Shown piece after piece: positions 8,469-18,247 of a DNA stretch of 48,201 nt (its first letter is position 1; each line of letters opens with the position of its first letter). The DNA comes from an uncultured Selenomonadaceae bacterium (GTDB lineage: Bacteria > Bacillota > Negativicutes > Selenomonadales > Selenomonadaceae): the NCBI GenBank assembly GCA_945637225.1, contig CALZDE010000001.1, positions 1 through 48,201 of the forward strand, given 5' to 3'. Below the pieces are notes generated by a model that saw nothing but the letters and a program-made list of their open reading frames with translations, ran no database searches and was not told the DNA's origin. The translations under genes were made by a program, and so were the position numbers.

Positions 8469-10352
8469 ATGCGTATTACTGATTTGCTTAAGAGCGCAAG
8501 CTTAGCATTAAATACTAAGCCAACTAGCAAAACCAACGCTATTGAGATGCTGGCAGACCTGATGGATAAGTCTGGTAATCTGTCAGACAAGAACCAGTAT
8601 TTGAAGGATGTAATGATCCGCGAGAAGGAAGGCACTACCGGTTTAGGGGATGGTATTGCTACTCCTCATGCAAAGAGTATTGGTGTTCGTGCAGCTGGTC
8701 TGGCTGCTATGACCGTTCCTGGCGGTCTGGAATTCGAGTCCTTAGATGGCAAGCCTGCACGTCTGTTCTTCATGATCGCTGCACCTGCTTCTGCTAATGA
8801 CACTCATCTTGAGCTTCTCCAGCAGCTGTCCATGATGATTATGGATCCTGATTTCAAGGAAGCACTCATCGCTGCTAAGACTAAGGAAGAGTTCCTGAAG
8901 TTAATTGATGAAAAGGAAAATGGTACTTTCGTAGCTGCTAACGCTGCACCAGCTAAGGAAGTTGATTATTCCAAGCGCATTTTAGCTGTAACCGCATGCC
9001 CAACCGGTATTGCACACACCTTCATGGCTGCTGAAAGCCTCGAGCGCGCTGCTCAGAAGAAGGGCGTATGGATTAAGGTTGAGACCAATGGCTCTGGCGG
9101 TGCTAAGAACGTTCTCACCAAGTACGAGATTGAGCAGGCTTCCTGCATTATCATCGCTGCTGATAAGAACGTAGAGATGGGCCGTTTCGATGGCAAGCAC
9201 ATGATTAAGACCAAGGTTGCTGACGGTATCAATAAGCCTGATGAACTGATTACCCGCGCATTAAGCGGCAAGGCTCCTATTTATCATCATACTGGCGGTC
9301 CTGTTGAGGGCGAGGATATGGGTGATGATGAGAGTGCAGGCCGTAAGATTTATAAGCACCTGATGAATGGTGTATCTCACATGCTTCCATTCGTTATCGG
9401 TGGTGGTATCCTGATTGCTCTGGCATTCCTGTTCGATACCTTTGATCCTGCAAACCCAGGCAACTTCGGTTCCAATACTCCTCTTGCTAAGTTCTTCAAG
9501 GATGTCGGCGGTGCTTCCTTCGGCTTCATGTTACCTGTATTAGCTGGTTTCATCGCTATGAGTATCGCAGATCGTCCTGGTCTGGCAGTCGGCTTCGTTG
9601 GCGGTGCTATGGCTGCTTCCGGCGGTTCCGGTTTCTTAGGTGCTCTCTTAGCAGGTTTTGCTGGTGGTTACATCGTAATCGGCCTGAAGAAGATTCTCTC
9701 TGGTCTGCCTGCTTCCTTAGAGGGTGTAAAGCCTGTTCTGCTCTATCCTGTTCTGGGTATCTTCTTAATGGGTGCTCTGATGCAGTTCATCATTACTCCT
9801 CCTGTTGCTTCCATTAATGAGTGGCTGTTAGCTACCCTGTCCGGTATGGATACCAGCTCCCGTGTAATGATCGGTCTGATCATGGGTGGTATGATGGCGA
9901 TTGATATGGGCGGTCCTATCAACAAGGCTGCTTATGTAACTGGTACCGGCCTCTTAGCTGGTGGCGAGTATGGCGTAATGGCAGCAGTAATGGCTGGTGG
10001 TATGGTTCCTCCAATCGCTATTGCACTGTGCACCACTTTCTTCCCTAACCGCTTCACCGAGAACGAGACTAAGACCAGCATCACCAACTTCATCATGGGT
10101 ATGTCCTTCATCACTGAGGGTGCTATCCCATTCGCTGCTGCTGACCCAATCCGTGTAATTCCTGGTCTGGCTTGCGGTGCTGCTACTGCTGGTGCTCTGT
10201 CCATGGCATTCGAGTGCACCCTGCGTGCTCCTCATGGTGGTATCTTCGTAGTTCCTACTATCGGTAATCCTGTAATGTACTTAGTTGCTATTGCTATCGG
10301 TGCTGTTGTAGGCTGCCTGATTATGAGCGTACTGAAGAAGCCTATCCGTTAA
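8469..10352 (+). CDS. fruA: PTS fructose-specific EIIABC component
   Basis: EIIA-2 domain (GDGIATPHAKS), EIIB (ILAVTACPTGIAHTFMAAE) and a polytopic glycine-rich EIIC. AAGGAG lies 10 nt upstream. Confidence 0.9.
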   Translation: MRITDLLKSASLALNTKPTSKTNAIEMLADLMDKSGNLSDKNQYLKDVMIREKEGTTGLGDGIATPHAKSIGVRAAGLAAMTVPGGLEFESLDGKPARLFFMIAAPASANDTHLELLQQLSMMIMDPDFKEALIAAKTKEEFLKLIDEKENGTFVAANAAPAKEVDYSKRILAVTACPTGIAHTFMAAESLERAAQKKGVWIKVETNGSGGAKNVLTKYEIEQASCIIIAADKNVEMGRFDGKHMIKTKVADGINKPDELITRALSGKAPIYHHTGGPVEGEDMGDDESAGRKIYKHLMNGVSHMLPFVIGGGILIALAFLFDTFDPANPGNFGSNTPLAKFFKDVGGASFGFMLPVLAGFIAMSIADRPGLAVGFVGGAMAASGGSGFLGALLAGFAGGYIVIGLKKILSGLPASLEGVKPVLLYPVLGIFLMGALMQFIITPPVASINEWLLATLSGMDTSSRVMIGLIMGGMMAIDMGGPINKAAYVTGTGLLAGGEYGVMAAVMAGGMVPPIAIALCTTFFPNRFTENETKTSITNFIMGMSFITEGAIPFAAADPIRVIPGLACGAATAGALSMAFECTLRAPHGGIFVVPTIGNPVMYLVAIAIGAVVGCLIMSVLKKPIR

Positions 10353-10388
10353 TTCAAAAAGGCAATACTCAATTTAACATAAAAAGAA

Positions 10389-10415
10389 GGCCCTTCGCTT
10401 TGAAGGGTCTTTTTT
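10389..10415. terminator. Bidirectional intrinsic terminator between convergent fruA and the M20D-M15 gene
   Basis: GGCCCTTC-GCTTT-GAAGGGTC stem-loop flanked by AAAAA upstream and TTTTTT downstream. Confidence 0.7.
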
Positions 10416-10423
10416 AATACCAT

Positions 10424-12175
10424 TTATCTGTTGCCTAAGTAATCAGGATAATACTTTAAAATTTCATCAGTTGGCAGTTCAAAATGCTGATAATCAGGGG
10501 ATTCATCCCAGTCACCACCCCAATTAAAGCCGTACCGTTCAAACAGTTTAAATGCTAAATCATCCTTTGTTATTTTATAAGGAAAATCTGCTTCACGGTC
10601 AATATAAGGTCTGCCAGCCTCTGGGGCTACTCTGTCTTCATTAATATCTGGAATATATGGATTATAGAGAGGATTTATATCTACCGCCATACCAAGGCCA
10701 TGCTTAGAAATTCTTGTCGTTCCCGATACAAGGCGGAAATTAAAGCTTGAGGAATTATTATCTGTCATCGAAAGATCATCATCAGCATTATACTCATCCA
10801 CAAGACGAATTTTTTCAATGGCATAATCAGCTTCATAAAGCTCCTTGAAAATCTTTAACACCACTTCCGCAATATGCCTGTTGCAGACCATTTCACCTTC
10901 CATTGTTTCATTTGCCAGATTTTTATGTAAAACATGGAGATAGCGTAAATCTTCCCTAGGTACACTGCAATCGTCCTTAAAGGATTTTCCTTTCATTCTT
11001 TCCATTAATTCATCAGAAATTTCCTCAATGTAAAAACTTTCCATCTTCATTTTCCTTTCCTTGCTTGAAATTACATCACAGGCGGTCATTGACATAGCCT
11101 TTACCGCTAATAACGCCATTTCCTTAGCATATTCACTGCCTGCCGCTACTGCAAATTCAGGTGTATGAGCATCAATCCCTGTACCAATTTTTATAGTTGG
11201 CTGAATTGTTGCTGCATCATGACTGACATTCCCCACATCAGTAGAACCATCAGCGTAATCATCAGGATAAATTCTAATATCTTCTACACCTAACGCCTTT
11301 AAATTATCCTGCATAAACTTTTCCAGGCACTTATTATTTATCATATTTTTATATAATGGTTCATAATGCTCCAGTTCTAATTCTGTATCGTGCTCTTTCG
11401 CTACTTTTTTAGCAAGTTCCTTTATAGCAAACAGCATTTTTCCTTCCAAATAATCTGCATCCAAAGAACGTATTGTTGCCTTCATCGTACATCTGTCAGG
11501 AATTATATTAGGAGCATTTCCGCCTTCAGTGATTATTTTTCCTAAAATATATGGCTTTTTAAAGCTTGTCTGCAATTCATTCAGACGCTGATAAAAATCA
11601 ACTAAAGTATCAAGGGCATTTATTCCATGATAATCAGGATCAGCTACATGAGCCGGTTTCCCTAAAAAGGTAATTCTCAAAGGATGAGTTGCATAGGACG
11701 TTCCACCAAAAGCTGTTACATTATCTGGATGGCAAATCAAAACTGCATCTAAGTTTTTAAACATTCCCTTTTCACTCATAACAGTCTTACTGCCAACAGT
11801 TTCCTCTGCAGGACAGCCAAAAACATGAACTGTTGCCTTATCGCCTAAGACCTTACTACATACGATACCTGCCAGCACACTCATTCCGGCAATTAAATTG
11901 TGACCGCAGGCATGACCTATTTCCGGCAAAGCATCATATTCCGCCAAAAAGCCAATATTAATTTTACCATTACCGCTCATTGCATGAAATGAGGTAGGAA
12001 ATTCTTTTGGCAAGGCTTCCCCTACTTTAAAACTTTCTTTAATAAGCTGTTTTTTTAAAAAATCCGCTGACTTAAATTCTTCATTTCCCAATTCTGGATT
12101 AGCATGAAGATAATCAGCTATCTCCCACAAAATACTTTTATATTCTTCAGCTATGTCGCATATTTTATTTTTCAT
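10424..12175 (-). CDS. Fusion protein: M20D amidohydrolase (AbgB/ILR1-like) plus C-terminal LAS-fold M15 peptidase (VanY/D-Ala-D-Ala peptidase-like)
   Basis: Residues 1-375 carry EIGHACGHNL, CPAEE and the M20D dimerisation-domain layout. Residues 376-583 carry SFNFRLVSGTTRISKHGLGMAVDINP (SxHxxGxAxD) and WGGDW...DYQHFE. No signal peptide. The junction carries AAGGAAAGGAAA-ATG (11048-11062). Confidence 0.7.
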   Translation of the reverse strand: MKNKICDIAEEYKSILWEIADYLHANPELGNEEFKSADFLKKQLIKESFKVGEALPKEFPTSFHAMSGNGKINIGFLAEYDALPEIGHACGHNLIAGMSVLAGIVCSKVLGDKATVHVFGCPAEETVGSKTVMSEKGMFKNLDAVLICHPDNVTAFGGTSYATHPLRITFLGKPAHVADPDYHGINALDTLVDFYQRLNELQTSFKKPYILGKIITEGGNAPNIIPDRCTMKATIRSLDADYLEGKMLFAIKELAKKVAKEHDTELELEHYEPLYKNMINNKCLEKFMQDNLKALGVEDIRIYPDDYADGSTDVGNVSHDAATIQPTIKIGTGIDAHTPEFAVAAGSEYAKEMALLAVKAMSMTACDVISSKERKMKMESFYIEEISDELMERMKGKSFKDDCSVPREDLRYLHVLHKNLANETMEGEMVCNRHIAEVVLKIFKELYEADYAIEKIRLVDEYNADDDLSMTDNNSSSFNFRLVSGTTRISKHGLGMAVDINPLYNPYIPDINEDRVAPEAGRPYIDREADFPYKITKDDLAFKLFERYGFNWGGDWDESPDYQHFELPTDEILKYYPDYLGNR

Positions 12176-12178
12176 AAG

Positions 12179-13762
12179 TTAATTCTCCAAATAGGCTTCC
12201 GTCAAATCAACCAATCCCATAGGCGAGGTAAAATAACCTTTTATTCTAGGATTTATTACCAAATTCATCGAAGAATAATAGAGTGGAATTATTACATAAT
12301 CGTCTATGAGAAGCTGTTCTGCCTCATGCATGTATTCAGCACGCTTTACGCCGTCAGTTTCCTGCTTCGCCTTAGCTACTAATTCAATAAACTTAGGATT
12401 TTTGTAGCGCGATTCATTATTGGGGTCATAGTAAATATCCAAGAAGTTCATGGGGTCGGAAAAATCAGCTATCCAATTGGCATAAGCAATCTGATAATCA
12501 CCATTATCCCTGCTGTCATAAAATACCTTTGTCTCCTGATTAACCAGCTCTACCTCTATTCCCAAATTCTTTTTCCACATATCCTGAATACCTTCACAAA
12601 TTACCTTACTGCTTTCGCTTGTGCCATAAAGTAAAGTAATAGCTTCGCCATTATAACCTGATTCCTTTAAAATTTTTCTCGCTTCTTCTGCATTTTCCTG
12701 CATTAATTTTTCATAGCTTCCAGAGCGGAAATCATTTTTATTTATTATCATGCCAGGCGGAACAAAGGCATAGGCTGGTTCTTTACCGCTCTTAACTACA
12801 TTACGCACAAAATTCTCACGTTCAATAGACATGGCAAAGGCTTGACGGACCTTAGGATTATCAAATGGTGCTTTCTCCAAGTTAAATACATAGTAAATAG
12901 TACCCAGCATAGGATATGGCTTGTATAATCCCAAATCACGCAATCTTGCTTCATCAGCAGAAGGTGGTTCATCCACAATATCGGCATTACCACTCTCTAA
13001 GAAATTTACTCTGGTAGCGGCAGATTCACTAATTGGCATAACAATACATGGTGATTTGACATTATCCTTATTCCAGTAATTATCATTTTTCATCATAATA
13101 ATTTCGCTGGAATGAATCCATTTTTTTAATATATATGGACCACAGGAAACAATGTTTTTATCACTGCCAGCCCATGTTTCTGGATTAACTTCTACTATGT
13201 GTTTGGGTACTGGATAGAAGGCGTGAAATGAAGTCAGTCCCAAGAAATATGCGGCAGGCTCGCCAAGCTGTACCTCTAAAGTTCTTTCATCTATCGCCCT
13301 TACGCCTACATCATCAGCAGCTGCTTCTTCACTGTTGTACGCCTCACCATTTTTCAAAACAAATAGCATATAAGCATTCTGAGAAGCGGTATTAGGGTCT
13401 AATACACGTTTCCATGAATAAACAAAATCATCCGCTGTAATAGGTGTGCCATCACTCCAGCAAATTCCTTCTCTTAAGTAAAACCTATAAGTCATGCCAT
13501 CAGAAGAAATTTCCCATTTTTCTGCTAATGCCGGCTGTGGAATACCATTTTTATCTATTCTCGTCAGTCCCTCAAATAATTCCAATTCAGCATTACTTTC
13601 AGGAAGTCCCGTAGTCAGAGCTGGGTCAAGGCTGGCTGGTTCTGCCTTAATAGCATAGGAAATCGTACCCTCCGGCAACTCTGTCTGACTGCTTCCACAT
13701 CCCGATATAAACACCAAGGAAAACGATGTTATTATTGCTAAAAACAATTTATTTAACTTCAT
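12179..13762 (-). CDS. oppA: Peptide ABC transporter substrate-binding lipoprotein (family 5, OppA/DppA-like)
   Basis: Lipobox LVFISGCGS. Family-5 SBP core (LDPALTTG..., FYLREGICWSDGTPITADDFVYSW). Confidence 0.85.
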   Translation of the reverse strand: MKLNKLFLAIITSFSLVFISGCGSSQTELPEGTISYAIKAEPASLDPALTTGLPESNAELELFEGLTRIDKNGIPQPALAEKWEISSDGMTYRFYLREGICWSDGTPITADDFVYSWKRVLDPNTASQNAYMLFVLKNGEAYNSEEAAADDVGVRAIDERTLEVQLGEPAAYFLGLTSFHAFYPVPKHIVEVNPETWAGSDKNIVSCGPYILKKWIHSSEIIMMKNDNYWNKDNVKSPCIVMPISESAATRVNFLESGNADIVDEPPSADEARLRDLGLYKPYPMLGTIYYVFNLEKAPFDNPKVRQAFAMSIERENFVRNVVKSGKEPAYAFVPPGMIINKNDFRSGSYEKLMQENAEEARKILKESGYNGEAITLLYGTSESSKVICEGIQDMWKKNLGIEVELVNQETKVFYDSRDNGDYQIAYANWIADFSDPMNFLDIYYDPNNESRYKNPKFIELVAKAKQETDGVKRAEYMHEAEQLLIDDYVIIPLYYSSMNLVINPRIKGYFTSPMGLVDLTEAYLEN

Positions 13763-13772
13763 ATGAATTACC

Positions 13773-14561
13773 TCATTTTTTGAAATCAGGGTCGGGAACA
13801 GGAATTGCTGATAACAGATTTTTGGTATAAGGATGCTGAGGATTTTTATATAATTCTTCCGCTTCCGCTATTTCTACAATTCTTCCTTTATTCATTACTG
13901 CCACCCTGTCGCTGATATAACGTACCATAGCCAAATCATGAGCAATAAAGAGATAAGTAAGTGATAATTCCTTCTGCAAATCACTTAAAAGATTTACTAC
14001 CTGTGCCTGAATTGATACATCTAAAGCAGAAATAGGTTCATCACATATTATCACATCAGGATTAAGGGCTAATGCTCTGGCAATTCCTACACGTTGTCTC
14101 TGACCACCACTGAATTCATGCGGAAAACGGTTTGCCTGTTCCCTGCTTAAACCTACTAATTCCAATAATTTAAAAATCCTTTTTTGTAATTCCTGTGCAT
14201 TATCGTATGCCTTATTAATAACTAAAGGCTCTGCAATAATTTCTGCTACAGTCATTCGAGGATTTAAACAGGCATAAGGGTCCTGAAATATCATCTGAAT
14301 TTTTGGTGTAATTCCACTTAATTTTTCACCATTAAGAAAAACATCACCGCCAGTAGCAGGATAAAGTCCCATTATAGTACGCCCCGTTGTGGACTTGCCA
14401 CAGCCAGACTCACCAACCAGCCCCAATGTTTCTCCCTTGTAAATATCGAAGCTTACACCATCAACAGCCTTATAATATTCCTTTGGTTTTCCCCAAAATG
14501 TTCTCTCTGTCACAAAATATTTTTGCAGATTTTTGACGGATAAAAGTGGTTTATCATTCAT
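13773..14561 (-). CDS. oppF: Oligopeptide ABC transporter ATP-binding protein
   Basis: Walker A GESGCGKST, signature FSGGQRQR, Walker B VIICDEPISALD and an oligopeptide C-terminal tail (HPYTKNLL). Confidence 0.85.
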   Translation of the reverse strand: MNDKPLLSVKNLQKYFVTERTFWGKPKEYYKAVDGVSFDIYKGETLGLVGESGCGKSTTGRTIMGLYPATGGDVFLNGEKLSGITPKIQMIFQDPYACLNPRMTVAEIIAEPLVINKAYDNAQELQKRIFKLLELVGLSREQANRFPHEFSGGQRQRVGIARALALNPDVIICDEPISALDVSIQAQVVNLLSDLQKELSLTYLFIAHDLAMVRYISDRVAVMNKGRIVEIAEAEELYKNPQHPYTKNLLSAIPVPDPDFKK

Positions 14562-15555
14562 CTAAATTCCCTCCTTCCTGTCTTTTCTTTTCCAGTAGCC
14601 AGCATCTTACACAATGCTTATTTTCATTGTTAATTTTTTCCAAATCAGGTCTATATTCCTGACATACCTTCATGGCATATTCACAACGAGGAAAAAAGCC
14701 ACATCCCTTTACCTCATACAATAAATCAGGTGGCTGACCGTCAATTACTGCCAGTTTTTCCTGACGATTAGCATTAATTTTAGGCAATGCTTTTAATAAT
14801 CCCTTTGTGTATGGGTGCTGTGGGTTATGGAATATTTCACTCGCTGTACCAGTCTCTGCTATTTCTCCTGCATACATGACATTTACCCTGTCGCATATAC
14901 CAGCAATTACACCTAAATCGTGTGAAATAAGTATAATCGACATATTCAGTTCCTTGCGTAATTTCTTCAAAAGCTCCATTATCTGTGCTTGAATAGTTAC
15001 ATCTAAAGCCGTTGTCGGTTCGTCAGCTATCAGTAATTTAGGCCTTCCTGCTAAAGCCATTGCTATCATAACTCTTTGGCGCATACCACCGCTGAATTCA
15101 TGCGGATATCTTTGCAGTCTCTCCTCTGGAGCAGAAATTCCTACTGCCTGCAACAGCTTAATTGCTTCGGACCTTATTTCCGCATTATTCATATTACTGT
15201 GAATACGAATACTCTCCATCAATTGATAGCCAATAGTTAAAACAGGATTTAAGGAAGTCATCGGATCCTGAAAAATCATGGCAATATCCTTACCACGTAT
15301 TTTTCGCCATTCTTCATTACTTAAATTTACTAAATTCTTTCCTGCAAAATTAATACTTCCCTTTTCAATAAAGGAATTTTCTTCTGGCAAAAGACCCATA
15401 ATAGCATGAGAAGTTACGCTTTTTCCACAGCCTGATTCACCTACAATGCCTATAATTTCTCCCTCATTTACAGAGAAGCTGACACCTCTTACAGCATGTA
15501 TATCTCCACGATAAGTATGAAAACCTACCGCTAAATCTTTCACATTTAATAGCAT
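14554..15555 (-). CDS. oppD: Oligopeptide ABC transporter ATP-binding protein
   Basis: GESGCGKSV, FSGGMRQR, LLIADEPTTALD and a Cys-rich C-terminal oligo_HPY tail. The start is set at Met14 (ATG 15555, GGAGA SD). The longer track ORF overlaps oppC. Confidence 0.85.
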   Translation of the reverse strand: MLLNVKDLAVGFHTYRGDIHAVRGVSFSVNEGEIIGIVGESGCGKSVTSHAIMGLLPEENSFIEKGSINFAGKNLVNLSNEEWRKIRGKDIAMIFQDPMTSLNPVLTIGYQLMESIRIHSNMNNAEIRSEAIKLLQAVGISAPEERLQRYPHEFSGGMRQRVMIAMALAGRPKLLIADEPTTALDVTIQAQIMELLKKLRKELNMSIILISHDLGVIAGICDRVNVMYAGEIAETGTASEIFHNPQHPYTKGLLKALPKINANRQEKLAVIDGQPPDLLYEVKGCGFFPRCEYAMKVCQEYRPDLEKINNENKHCVRCWLLEKKRQEGGNLDE

Positions 15556-15565
15556 AATTTTCTCC

Positions 15566-16474
15566 TTATCGGCGCATCTTAGGGTCAAGAGCATCTCTTA
15601 AACCATCACTCAAGAAATTAAAAGCCAGCATTGTCAGACTGATCGCGGCTGCTGGAAAAAACAGCTGAAATGGATAACCACGCATAGAATTAATTCCCTC
15701 AGAAGCCAATACACCCCAGCTTGCCATTGGTGCAGATACGCCAAGACCGATAAAGCTTAAAAATGCCTCTGTAAAAATAGCATCGGGAATAGAAAGACTC
15801 CATGAGACTACAATCGCACCTACTGCATTAGGAATGAGATGCTTTGTCAGCAAACGCCATTTAGAAGCCCCCATGCTTATTGCCGCTAAAACAAATTCCT
15901 GCTCCTTGATAGAAAGAACCTGACCTCGCACAATTCTCGCCATCTGAAGCCAATAACTGATACCAAGAGCGATGAATATATTTAATAATCCCGGCTTAAA
16001 TACCACCATGAGAAGAATGACATAAAGAAGTGTTGGTACACTATACAGCACGTCTACAATATTCATCATAATGCGGTCAACCTTACCGCCCATCAAGCCG
16101 GAAATACCGCCATATAAAACACCTATAACAAGATTAATAAGGCTGGCTATAAGACCAATGGACAGTGAAATTCTAGCACCATATAAGACACGAATAAATA
16201 AATCCCTGCCTAAACTGTCTGTACCAAACCAGTGCTCATAGCTAGGGCCTGCATTAACATTATTAAAATCCTGATCAGCATAGCCAATAGAAGAAAACAT
16301 AGGACCAATTAAGGCTAAAAGCATTAAAAAGACAATAAAGCATAAACCAGCTATTGCCATTTTATCTTTTTTCAAGCGAAGCCATGCGTCCTGCCAATAT
16401 CCCAAAGAAGGCTTGTTATTTTCCTGTATTTTTTCTATGTTTTTATTATCAGCAGGTGAAAAATCAAAGGTCAT
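15566..16474 (-). CDS. oppC: Oligopeptide ABC transporter permease
   Basis: Polytopic BPD_transp_1 permease with an OppC N-terminal segment. Its start overlaps the oppB stop (TAATG). Confidence 0.85.
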   Translation of the reverse strand: MTFDFSPADNKNIEKIQENNKPSLGYWQDAWLRLKKDKMAIAGLCFIVFLMLLALIGPMFSSIGYADQDFNNVNAGPSYEHWFGTDSLGRDLFIRVLYGARISLSIGLIASLINLVIGVLYGGISGLMGGKVDRIMMNIVDVLYSVPTLLYVILLMVVFKPGLLNIFIALGISYWLQMARIVRGQVLSIKEQEFVLAAISMGASKWRLLTKHLIPNAVGAIVVSWSLSIPDAIFTEAFLSFIGLGVSAPMASWGVLASEGINSMRGYPFQLFFPAAAISLTMLAFNFLSDGLRDALDPKMRR

Positions 16475-17406
16475 TATTCTACCTCCTTATCACCTAACTT
16501 AATTCGTGGATCAAGTAACGGATAAATTAAATCTACCAGCATATTCATAAAAATAACAATTGCACTATAAAAAATTGTTATGCCCAAAATAACTGTATAA
16601 TCTCTGTTATAAATGCTGGTAACAAAATACTTTCCTAACCCCGGAATGGCAAAGATATTTTCAATAACAAAGCTTCCTGTTAAAATTCCAGCTGTCAAAG
16701 GACCGAGGTAGGTAACAACAGGAATAACTGCATTAGGCAGGGCATGCTTAAAGAGAATATTAAACTGAGATAAGCCCTTTGCTTTAGCGGTTTTTATAAA
16801 ATCCTGCCCTAAAACATCAAGCATGCTGGAGCGTGTAAGTCTTGTAATAAAAGCCATTGGCATAGCAGATAATGCTAAAACAGGTAAAATTCTGCTTGTC
16901 CAGTCACGCCACATATTAGCAGGCAATAAACCTAACTTTATAGCTAAAATATCCACCAGAAGAGCCGCTAACACAAAGCCGGGAACAGCAATTCCCAAGG
17001 TTGTAATAAAATTAATTACCCTGTCCTGCCACCTGTTTCTTCTTACCGCCGCCCAAATACCAGCCGGCACTCCCACTATTATAGAAAGGATGACACTTTC
17101 AATACCAAGCTCAAAGGAAACAGGTACGTTTTCCTCAATTATTTCATTAACACTGCGTCCCAAATACTTAAATGACGGGCCTAAATCGCCATGTGCTAAA
17201 TTTATCATGTAATCCTTATACTGTATAATCAGAGGGTCGTTTAATTTGTAACGTGCCTCAATATTTGCCTGAACTGCTGGTGGAATTTTCTTTTCTGCCG
17301 TAAATGGTCCGCCAGGAATGGAATGCATTAATATAAAGGTAATTGTCGTAACTACCCATAATACTATTAAAGCATTTGCCACTCTTTTTATAAGATAGCC
17401 AAACAT
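16474..17406 (-). CDS. oppB: Oligopeptide ABC transporter permease
   Basis: MFGYLIKRVANALIVLWVVTTITF is a typical OppB/DppB N-terminus. EAA-loop region KTAKAKGLS. Confidence 0.85.
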   Translation of the reverse strand: MFGYLIKRVANALIVLWVVTTITFILMHSIPGGPFTAEKKIPPAVQANIEARYKLNDPLIIQYKDYMINLAHGDLGPSFKYLGRSVNEIIEENVPVSFELGIESVILSIIVGVPAGIWAAVRRNRWQDRVINFITTLGIAVPGFVLAALLVDILAIKLGLLPANMWRDWTSRILPVLALSAMPMAFITRLTRSSMLDVLGQDFIKTAKAKGLSQFNILFKHALPNAVIPVVTYLGPLTAGILTGSFVIENIFAIPGLGKYFVTSIYNRDYTVILGITIFYSAIVIFMNMLVDLIYPLLDPRIKLGDKEVE

Positions 17407-17434
17407 TTAAAATATCAACTCCTAAATTAAATAA

Positions 17435-17459
17435 CAGGATAGCAAAATCAGCCATCCTG
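17435..17459 (-). promoter_or_regulatory. Intercistronic stem-loop between the YkuD-fold gene and oppB (possible partial terminator or RNA-processing/stability element)
   Basis: CAGGATaGC / GCcATCCTG stem (8 pairs, 1 mismatch, 7-nt loop). On the minus-strand RNA it is followed by TTATTTAATTT and then the oppB AGGAG SD. Confidence 0.3.
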
Positions 17460-17470
17460 CTATGAATACT

Positions 17471-18214
17471 TTAATTCCAGTCTCGTGGGAAAATACAAAT
17501 TCTTACGTTATTATCCACATTCTGAAGTATGAACTTCATATCGTCCTCGCTGACAGAAACACAGCCTGATGTATAGTCATAAGCACCTGTACAGTGCATG
17601 AAAATGCCTGCACCCTTGCCAGGTATACATTCCTTATTATAATCAATAAATAAGCCATAATTAAAAGCAGGAGAAGCATTATTAAATGGGTCAGGCTCAT
17701 AATCCTTCAGCTTTGACATAGGTATTTTTCTATCATCAACAATTTTGTTGTAATAAGGGCCATCTGCCATAAAAATATGGTCATCAAACTGTATGTAGTC
17801 AGCTTTTGTACCAGGATTTTTCTTAATACCGCCTGCAGTAAAAATTCCATAATCACCGATAGGGGTTTTCTTATCACCCTCAACCTCTTTGCCTAATCCA
17901 TTGTAGCCCACAAAAGCAGGGCACTGTAAAATCCTTGTCCATGCATAAGGCTCATCATCAGTCTTTACATACAGCTGTACTCTGGCATTAGTATCCTTTT
18001 CATACTGTACAAAAATAACCTGCTTCACCTTTTCTACATCCATGTATTTACGCAAAAGCTGATTCCATGTAGGCCAGTCATCCTGCCCTGGATATACATT
18101 GGCGTCAATTTCATAATCGTGATTAACCTCATTAGCACCTGCCATTTTCTCTCCTCCTGTAAAGTTAATTATCATCATTACGCAGAATATTAAAACAGAT
18201 AAAATGCTTCTCAA
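17471..18214 (-). CDS. Secreted L,D-transpeptidase-fold (YkuD/YafK-like) protein
   Basis: N-terminal signal-like MRSILSVLIFCVMMIINF (TTG start). C-terminal catalytic motif GAGIFMHCTGAYDYTSGCVSVSEDDM (H...S/T-x-GC). Confidence 0.7.
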   Translation of the reverse strand: MRSILSVLIFCVMMIINFTGGEKMAGANEVNHDYEIDANVYPGQDDWPTWNQLLRKYMDVEKVKQVIFVQYEKDTNARVQLYVKTDDEPYAWTRILQCPAFVGYNGLGKEVEGDKKTPIGDYGIFTAGGIKKNPGTKADYIQFDDHIFMADGPYYNKIVDDRKIPMSKLKDYEPDPFNNASPAFNYGLFIDYNKECIPGKGAGIFMHCTGAYDYTSGCVSVSEDDMKFILQNVDNNVRICIFPRDWN

Positions 18215-18247
18215 ATTATATTACTCTCCTATTTTTTACATACCGTA

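Noticed and set aside
8261-10235. Several 60-124-aa minus-strand ORFs inside fruK/fruA
   Set aside because: All are antisense to strongly supported genes, lack SD sequences and have Ala/Ser/Pro-rich composition typical of the reverse frame of GC-richer membrane-protein genes.
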